Assembly: GCA_001642005.1 (NCBI GenBank)
Contig: LWCA01000031.1
Span: 9,398-73,397 of the forward strand
Reading direction: 5' to 3'
DNA: 64,000 nucleotides
Source of the DNA: Intoshia linei
Lineage: Eukaryota > Animalia > Orthonectida
The first letter of the stretch is position 1. Each line of letters opens with the position of its first letter. The notes beneath the pieces were generated by a model. The model saw nothing but the letters and a program-made list of their open reading frames with translations. It was not told the DNA's origin and ran no database searches. Of the stretch, positions 54,661 through 64,000 are shown one piece after another. The translations under genes were made by a program, and so were the position numbers.

Positions 54661-55647
54661 TATTTTTATTTAAGATGAACTTATCTGAGTTCTTCTCTGC
54701 CAATCGTTACAAGTGTCGTCACCTTATTATATTATAAATAAAAAAAAATTATAGTATATAATAGAAAAAATAAAATTATAAAAACCTATTTAGTCATATT
54801 CAGTACCAATTTAATAAATACTTAAATTAATAATAAACTTTAATTAATAAACCCATATTTCTTTATTGGAAATGTGTAGACGTTCACTGCACATTTTTTT
54901 TTGAATTTGTAAGATCAATATTTACATTTTCAATTTTTATTTTAATCGTAATATTTGAAAAAATATTGGTTGATAATATATTATAAATTATTTTTCATCA
55001 GGAATGCGTAGATTTCTCTGGTTGAACTTTTGTATTTATATCAACTGGAATAAGCTCTATCAGAATAATTTTTTTTTTTTAATTTTCGGACCGTTAATTA
55101 TTTCACATTTTTTGTTTTAATAAAATATTTCGAAAAAAAAATAATATGAATACTAAAATGTTTTTTTGACCATGAAGTCGTCACTTATTCGGATTGAAAT
55201 ATTCTGTGTGTGTTAACAGGATAATACTGTATAACTTGTAAATTTGATATTGCGTGGATGATCCATATGACATGGACCATGTCGTGTTTTATACAGTCTA
55301 TTTAAATTAATCTTGGCAATAACAATTAAATTTCTTTAAAGATAATTCAATTGTGCCGAATCAAAACTCCTCCGTTATGCATGATAAATAAATTAAATTT
55401 TGTAATAACCATAACTAGTAATAAAATAAGTGATTTCAAATTTATAATCTGCGCCGCGTATTCCGGGCTTTAAAATTTAAAAAATTGTTCCATACGAACT
55501 GAATACGAGTCGTATTATACGACTATACCTTTTATAACTCTATTTTGCAAAACTCAAATTCAATTATGCAACTAACCCTTTGAGGAATGCATTACACATA
55601 TACATGTAAATATATTTTTACAAAATTTATCCATTACACATATACAT

Positions 55648-57158
55648 TAGCGTGTCACATCAAATATTTTTTAAAGAAATTCAAAAACATACCCAGTAGA
55701 TTAGATGTAATTTGAAAAAAAATGACAAATCCGATGACTAATTTGAAAAATAATCATTAATGACTCAGCGTTAATCAATTACGTAATTTACAAAAAACAG
55801 CTAAATTTAAGTTTATTTTCATGTTTTTATTAATTTTTTTTCACAAAAACTTGAATTCATGCTTCGTTTGTGTTGAAAATTTAATAATGTTTGTATATTT
55901 TAATAAATAATTTAAATTTAAATTAATAAATAATTCAACCAAAATTTTATATATCCTCAACGCTATATATCAACAAAATAAAAGATTTAATAAATTTTAA
56001 TCCAAAATATATTATAAACGGAAATGTAATTAATCCAAGCATTTATATGAAAATGTATTAAAAATCATCACTGTAGTTTGAATTTCTTCTCCTTTTGTGT
56101 ACAAATTAATGATCGTGTATATTTTTTTAAGGCTCTTTCGGCTGAATCGGTTATAATTTTATACTTCATTGGTTAATTCTTTATTTTCGTAATATCTGAA
56201 AAAATCTATTTCCATAATATTTAGTTTATCAGAAGTGCCAAATGTATTTTTGAAAACATTTCCTATGATAATTTTCATAATATTCTATTATTTCTTGATC
56301 AAAATGACGTTTAATAAATTGTACAAATCCATAATGATAATACCACATAACGGTGCAACGGTAAATAAAATCGAAGATAGTATATTGTCAAAACTTAACT
56401 TACATACAAATGTATAATTTATCTCGTATAATCTATTAATATGATGATGCGGATTAATAATTAATGTTAATACGCATTAAACGTTTTGCAATAAGTTACA
56501 CATAATTTTACTTAAAAATATAAACGAGAATTAAATTTGTCCACAATAGAATACGAAATTAAATATATAGTCACGGTTTTAAATAAATTCTAACAAAATA
56601 CTTTGAATAATTACATAATCGTTTAGAACAATATATTTTAGATTAAAATTTATAAAATCATTTATTTTATTGGTGTATTGAAGATACATAAAATTTTGGT
56701 TGTATTATGACTATCTTAAGGTCTCTCCTAAAATTAGATTAACATTTTCAAAAAGTTAGAAAAAGTGTCTACATTTATTTATCCCACAAACATTGTTTAA
56801 ACCCCAAAACAAAATCATCATAATAATTATAATTATATAAAAAATATTTTTGTTTTTATAAAAGAAAGTATATTGCAAATGATGGAGCTGAACGCGTTTT
56901 ATTAAAATACACAAACATTTTTAATTTTTCTCCACAAACAAAGCAGGAATTTCACTTTTTGTAAAAAAAAATTAAGAAAAACATGAAAATAAACTTAAAT
57001 TTAGCTGTTTTTTGTTAATTACTTAATTGATCAACGCTGAGTTATTAATGAGTATTTTTCAGAATTAGTCATCGGATTGTCATTTTTTTCAGATTACATC
57101 TAAATCTACTGGGTATGTTTTTAAATTTTTTAAAAAAAATATTTGATGTGACACTCTA
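55648..57158. mobile_element. hATm-like non-autonomous element with long (about 230 bp) TIRs
   Basis: TAG(C/A)GTGTCACATCAAATA termini, perfect 8-bp TSD ATATACAT (55640-55647 and 57159-57166). Confidence 0.85.
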
Positions 57159-57164
57159 ATATAC

Positions 57165-60100
57165 ATGAAATGTTTTGATATATTCTATATGATCCGCAAT
57201 TTCATCTTTGTATGTTAATTCGATGGCCTTTTCATTCTAAATGTTTGAGTCTATATATTCAATAATAAGCATAAATTAACATTGAGAATAAAATTACGTC
57301 ATTTGTTAATGCATCAATGTTGCAATTATCAAGAGAACATAAGAACACAACAGCTTCAAGTTTATCTGAATATGCTGCAGCATGCAATGGGGTCCACATA
57401 TCTACATCAACGACGTTTGGATCAGCACCCAGCTCCATTAAATATCTAAAAATTTACGTTAAAGATGAGAATTTATTTTTATTTTTTTGATATATTCAAA
57501 ACTAATTAGGAAATGACTGCAAATTATCCAATTTAAAATAACACAAATTTATATTGTAACTGAATAACAAAGGGTTCAAAACTCTATGATAGAAATTCAA
57601 TGAAAAATCGATCAATTCAATACAAAGTGTATTAGTTTTTAAAAGGTATGTTTTTGTACCATCTATTTAAAAATACATGATAATTGATCAGGGCTTTCGA
57701 AAGTTCTTTAATAATACAATACCCATTGTTTAGCCGCTAAACTTTAGCGAACTCTGCACCCTTGTTTTTGTTGGTAAAAATCACATCTTGTTCAAGAAGG
57801 ATATGATTGATATTTTCCTTTTGTATACATTGTTCCTCATTTAAATAATATTACCCCAGAAATTAATAAACAATTATGGCGTCAATATCCGTGTATTTTT
57901 CTTAAACATTTCTATATACTTTCTTTAATTAAGTTTTAGTTTTTTGTTTATTTTTTTTAAATTTTTAAACAGTATAATTCTTGTTTTATAATATTTAATA
58001 TGATTACGCCAGGGGTGGGAGCCCATTTCATAAAAAGGCCACATTCCAATAATTTGAAATTGATAAGAACTACCGTTACATCTAGAATTTAATGAAAATT
58101 TTTATATTTATATGCATGACAATATTAAACTTTTTTCTAATAAGAATATAAAGTTTATACCATATTTTCTCAACCGGGGGTCGCCAATTTCTCAGGGAAG
58201 TCAAAAATTCTTATAAATTATTTGATTGTTTAGTTTTATTTTTTGTGAAGTATTCATTTAAATGAAATTAAGGAAGAATTCTAATTTTGTAGTAAAGTCT
58301 TACAGATACAAAAATAATGGTTATTTATAAAAAAATTGATGACTTTTTTATAGAAGGAAATTTCAATTGAAACAATATATGCGGAGTTTGTACTGATGGT
58401 GCACCAGCTAGGCTTATTAATTAAGTCAAAATCTGGGTTTCAGGTAAAAATAAAAGAAAAACTTAAGTGTTAAAGTGGTAAATTTCTCATTGATTTAAAG
58501 TAATTTTATATTTTTAATCATTAGACATAATTTTTGTAAGCTTCAAAATATTTCAAAATTATTAAAAATATGTAATATAATAAATTTACTTCAATCTCAT
58601 TCAAAAAAATTTTTATGATACATGAATTAATCAATGGAATTGAGTAAAGTTAATATTTTAGATATAAAAAATTTTTCGTTTGTTCGTAATAAATGATGAA
58701 GATCGCGAGGTATAAAAGGTTGGGAACCACTGCTTTATACGATACAAGTTATAATAACTGGTCTTAGAATTTAAAATTAAAATTTAATAAAATTTGACTA
58801 TAATACTCTAAACTTATAATATTTATAATAGGTTAAAACTGACTCTGAAATTAACTAAATTGATACTAAAAACCATCAAATTTAACAAGAATGATTCAAT
58901 ATTTTTAAATAAAGCCACACAACTACCTGCATTATGTTATTCTATATTGAAATAATAATTCGTATTATTATAAAAAATAATATCCAAACAAAATGGCGAT
59001 CAGAACCAAAAAGTCAATTTAAAAAAATGTTGTACCGAACTTTATAAAATTTATTTTTTATTTATCCTTTACTTATATCAGGGATCGGCAATCTTTTGCA
59101 TCTCGTGGACTATTTTTTTTATATCCAAAAATTCTACAAACCCCGTTTTTGAAAATTTACACATGATACGTTTCAATTTTAATTAAAGAAAAACGGTTCT
59201 AGTATATTCAACAAAATCAAACCCAGGGCGTTTAAAAATGATTATAATGAACCAATTATAATTATAGTAAAAAAAATGGTTAAAACGGTGTTTAAAAGTG
59301 TAAAAATAAATAATTTACATATTTACTCATAAGGCCACCAAAACTATTATGTTTCCACTGGTTACCAACCCTGACATATAATTTATCTGTGTGTTACAGT
59401 TTATTTAAAAAATCCAAAATTTTTAATAAAATTTTTCGAAAATAATGTTTTATCGCAAATGTCATTTTCAGAAATTGAGTCCTCCCGACAAAACCAAATT
59501 CCCCTTTTTATAAAAAATATAATCAACCTTGGAATTTTCAAAAACATAAATTATAACATTGTCTTCAAGGGGTTCCCACAGTTTTTTCATGGTGGACTGG
59601 TAATAAATGATACAATTTACCATTAAAGCGAAATTATTAAAAAACTTTAAAAAAATTTTGATAAAAAACAATAATTTTACTTTTAATAGTAAAAAATTTT
59701 CACGATCAAAAAAAGATCCACATACTACTTTTTTTTTTAAAAATTGAAGTCTTAGAATTTAAAAAATTACAGCTTAGTTATATTCAGATGACACATAAAA
59801 ATGTCAATTTCACAAATTTGACGCTTTCACAGTTAAAAAAGCACTTTAGTATATATTTTTTTCATTTGGTCACTATTATATTAAAACAAAAAATATTCAT
59901 TAACTCATATCCCAAAATTTAAAAAAAAATATTTTGATATAGCTTATTCCAGTTGATATAAAATATAGATGAGAGGTGGAGAAAGTGCGGCCTTCTGAAC
60001 AATTTGAATTATTTTATTTATTATGTTATTTTTAAAATACTAATTTTTGGTAAAATGGTGGTTTTCACAAAAATATTAGTAGAAGCGGTTTTTTCCATTA

Positions 60101-62531
60101 GGGTTGGTAAAATTAGGTTTTTTCTTTTGGGATCAGATAGATCAATTTTTTCCTTAAGGGTTAGTAAAAGTTTGGTTTTTTCTCATAACATTTACTAAAT
60201 TGAATAAAATATGCTAAAAATTTATCTTTCATCCCAATCTTCTAAAATTTTTGCATTCACCTCCTAATAAAATTATTCACTACTTTGGAGTAACCACTGA
60301 CTAGTTACCCCCATGAGAAGCACTGTTGTATTTGATTAAATTTTATTTCGAGAGGTGCGGCCTTCGAATAGTAAATGCTTCCCCACCTGATCTATATTCT
60401 AAATACATAATTTTTTTTAATAATTTTGATAAATTTATTCGACGGCCTATTTATATATTTATAGTAAAATTTCGTTACGCAGGGTTTGTACCAACCTATT
60501 ATGTACCGTATTTTTTGGAGAATAAGGCGCACCTAAGGTACTAATGGTATTAATAACTTAGGTAATAACTTAATACCTTAGATCTAACCTAAGTACTAAC
60601 CAAGGCGCTGTATAAAAAACAATTTACAACACAAAATTCACATATAAGACATTGGCGTATAAAGCGCGAGAAATTTTATTTTTAACAGAAGAGTTTTTAT
60701 AAAAAATTAAGAATCAAATGGTACAATATATAGTTAGAAAAAAATTTTCCCTTGCAAAATCCTCATATAAGGCGCACTGACGTACAAGGCGCATTCCTAA
60801 TTTTTCATGTAAAAGGGTGCGCATTATACTCCAAAAAATACGGTATTATTAAAATGTTACAGTAAACATCAATTTGAAGTTTTCACAAGAAATTGACCAC
60901 TGTGCTGGTCGTAATGTCGTAACTTTTGGGTTAGATCAGGCTTACCATACTTTTTCAGCACGGATTAATAAGTTAAAATTAAATTTTTCGCATAAAATTT
61001 CGTTTATTTAAATTGTAAATGTAGCTACCAAAATATTAAATTTTTATATTTTTTCATAATGACTGGTAGGTCAGTAACCGGTATCGCGAGTAGTCAAAAT
61101 GTTAGATGTAAATGGTAAGATAAAACCAGAAAAATGTAGACACTTATCGGCTCTATTAAGAGTGAACATTAATCACCTTTGAATTGGAATACACCAACTA
61201 AAATCTCCAATTTTTAATATATGAAAAAGTTGAATATGTAAAAGGTAAGATACAAAACAAAAAAATTATAAATAGAAATGTATTAAAGTACATCCAATAT
61301 ATAGAAATATATTCAACTCATGTAAAAAATAAATTATATAAATCAAATTTGATAAAAGTAGAATTAATATGTATTTTTGTGTTGAATACACTACTTGATT
61401 AAATCGGAAATGATTTTTATATTAAAATGTAATCATAATACATTTGTAGTATTGATTACATTAGTTCAAATATTTTTATCCCTTAAATCATTTTCCAATA
61501 ATTAAATTACTTCATAATATCTACAAATCCTTTGGCTGCAGCAATGTGTAATGCCGTAATATTTCCCTCAGATATTGGTTTATTTACATTTTTTGGATTA
61601 TGACATATCCATTTTTTAATATCATTCATCATTCGTTGTTGTTCAGCATTTCGGCATTTCTGTGGGTCTAAATGATATATTATTGATTATATGCAATTAA
61701 CACTAAATCGGTATTATTTGAACCGGATAGTGAGGAATTACAAAGAAAAAAGCACAATAAATTTTTTCAAAAATTACTACAAAGGGTGGAAAAGTCTATA
61801 AGAATTGTCTTACTTTTCTCAGACGGGATTTGTGTATACCTAAATTTTTTTTAATCATGGCACAACTAATTAAATTAATAATTTCGCTATTTTCGGTAGT
61901 GTCCATAGCTAATTTAGAGTCGACGGTTATTTTTTCTAAATTAACTCCTTGCTCAATAAGATACCTAAAATTAAATAAAATGAATTCACTAATGTAATTT
62001 ATTATATAATTATACATTTTGCAGTAATTAAATTAATTAAATATTACAGATCAATTTCACTACAAATGTTTGTATATGAAAATAGACATAACTATATATA
62101 GGTGCTGGAGTAATAATTAAGATATACTCGCAAATTTTGATGTTTCCGCTATAAGCGGCTGCATGAAGAACAGTCCAACTTTCTGCATCCACACGGTTAA
62201 TATCGGCTCCATTATCAACAAGAAATTTAACCATTTCCAAATTTCCATCGATGCAGGCCTATACAAGTTAAAACTTAGAAAAACGTCAATATACTTGATG
62301 CATGGCAGTAAGACCATGTTCATTGATGGCAGAATTAATGTCTATTCCACTGTCAAGTAATTGTTTGACTTCATCAATATTGTAATTTACACAAGAATTG
62401 AAAAGAATAACACTATCTGGAAAATGAATAGCTTTTTCATGTGATGGTTTGGCTATATCTGATTTTCCTTTATAAACAGAAGAGGTCCATCTATTGATTT
62501 GTTCTTTACGTTTTTGGTGAGTACCTTCCAT
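57165..62531 (-). CDS. PPP1R12A: Protein phosphatase 1 regulatory subunit 12 (MYPT) ankyrin-repeat region; 3' exons unresolved
   Basis: Exons 62531-62295, 62258-62128, 61964-61840, 61667-61511, 57445-57298, 57236-57165. MyPhoNE motif RKEQINRW, RVxF-like KAIHF, GLTAMHQACIDGN, TALHIAAAKG and WTPLHAAA. Confidence 0.88.
58161..58732 (+). mobile_element. Buster-type hAT deletion derivative
   Basis: Right TIR GGTTGGGAACCACTG, TSD GTTTATAC/CTTTATAC, internal GVCTDGAPA catalytic motif. Confidence 0.75.
60506..60843. mobile_element. Tc2/pogo-type MITE
   Basis: TIR CCGTATTTTTTGGAG.ATAA.GCGCACC, TA TSD, internal AAGGCGC repeats. Confidence 0.85.
61685..61833 (-). ncRNA. Candidate two-hairpin H/ACA-like RNA in MYPT intron 3
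   Basis: Hairpins at 61779-61833 and 61692-61742, followed by AUA. Confidence 0.3.
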
Positions 62532-63045
62532 TCTAAGAGACTTTTATATGAAAAATAAACAAAAACATTACTGAAAATTGGACATCTAATGTATTAAATA
62601 AAATATACCCACAATTTATCGAAAATAAATTAATGTCCAAGTTATATACAAAACTATGATCGAAATAAATCTAAAATATATGTGTGGATTTTGTATTTCT
62701 CATTAAACTGCATTTTAAAGTTTATTATTTCTATTTATTCACGAAATATCTATAGAAACTTATATTAAATTTAATATAGTTTTAGATTTGAGTTTTTATA
62801 AATATAATTTTGTCATTAATAATGACTCATTGTACAAATATATAAAGTGTAATGTAATTATATTATGTGTAATTCAAATTTATATTTAAAAATTACAAAG
62901 TTGTATTGTGTTATAAATGTTAAAATTATTGGCAAAATTTAAAATTAGCATTTTCATTACATTTAGGTAATTAATGTCAAAATTTTGTTTTTACAATCGA
63001 TACAACAAATACAATTTGTCATTTAATGATATGTCATAAATATAT

Positions 63046-63323
63046 ATGATTAAAATCACAATTTTTTTTCAAATATTGTTTTTATTGATTGTCTTTGATG
63101 CCAAGGTCAGATTGAATGGTCCCACAATTTTTTATCCAAAATTTGAAGGAAGCATAAACTCTTACCTGCAGTACAATTTGATCAAATACAGCAATTTTAG
63201 TCACATTATCATAGATTTTAAACCTTATAATGCTGACGGTATTTTGGTCGCGTCCATCTCTAGTGCCAATCTACTAGAAAAATACTTTTTCATTTACCTC
63301 TATGAAAACAAGGCAGTTTTAAG
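63046..63323 (+). CDS. First exon of a secreted or membrane laminin-G domain protein (agrin/EYS/pikachurin-type LamG)
   Basis: Signal peptide, then PKFEGSINSYLQY...IDFKPYNADGIL...FFIYL. Splice donor at 63324. Confidence 0.7.
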
Positions 63324-63367
63324 GTTATTTTTTAGTATAACATATAAACAATAAATTAAAAAATCAA

Positions 63368-63990
63368 CTAAAAAATTAAATGATAAATGCAAACATAAAT
63401 GAGAAATTTAGCAATATCCTTGAGATGCCTATCCGCGAATTTTTCTAAGCTGGAAAATGCTCGTTCGCATATCTCGTTGGTCATTTCCACATTTAGTAAA
63501 GGTTGCGTTTCAATAGTAAGATGTCTTTCGTAGCAATCCAATACCTTACTATTGCATTTTGGTTTAAGCTTTTTTATAGCAGTCAAAATCATTAACCAAT
63601 CTGCTATAAAATTACAGCTTTCACGTAAATTGGGATCTTTTGTAAGCATATAATATTTGATAGCATATCTAGAATTCCATCTTGCTTTGCATATTGGACC
63701 TGGACGTTTAAATTTTATATTTGGATTATTGTTAGTTGTCCTGAAATGTATATATGATTTGATTAACAAAGTAAGTTCGCTATAATCGTTTCGGTTCATG
63801 CGAAGATATTTCCAATAAGATACATCTAATGTTGTATAGTTAAACAGTAAAACGTCAAATTGATCTCTCAGTGTGTTTATAAAATAATACTCCGAATTAG
63901 GAATAGATGAGGTAGTAGGGAACATTTCTTCCATGTAATGATACAGTAACCTGTCGAGAACATGTAAACGACAAGGGTAATATATAATAT
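63368..63990 (-). mobile_element. hATm-type transposase remnant
   Basis: RNDYSEL...FKRPGPICKARWNS resembles the RDDYREL...PGAxHxARWM motifs of hATm transposases. Confidence 0.7.
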
Positions 63991-64000
63991 TTGGGAATAT

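Overview
This is very AT-rich eukaryotic (animal) genomic DNA with mostly tiny (about 34-45 nt) GT-AG introns and highly divergent proteins. That profile resembles a compact-genome parasite such as the orthonectid Intoshia, which is an inference only. Spliced models could be built by hand for TOMM20, eIF3h, BRK1, two SLC16/MCT-like MFS transporters, an orphan 7TM receptor, WDR7, SYF1/XAB2, a 74-aa PPxY membrane protein, a weak DEG/ENaC-like candidate, SF3A3, PPP1R12/MYPT and the start of a laminin-G protein. Long introns and intergenic DNA are packed with often nested DNA-transposon relics (Buster, Ac, Tip100 and hATm hATs, Tc1, pogo, Chapaev/Chapaev3, Helitron-like, foldback-like), many with TIRs, TSDs and empty sites visible in the window. 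The main unexplained signal is four mid-sized, TE-free introns (TOMM20, BRK1, SYF1, MYPT) that fold into snoRNA-like hairpins. A 2.2-kb inverted-repeat element carrying an orphan ORF is the next best lead. Four single-N gaps and a duplicated block of about 500 bp suggest local mis-scaffolding at 14.6-22.4 kb.
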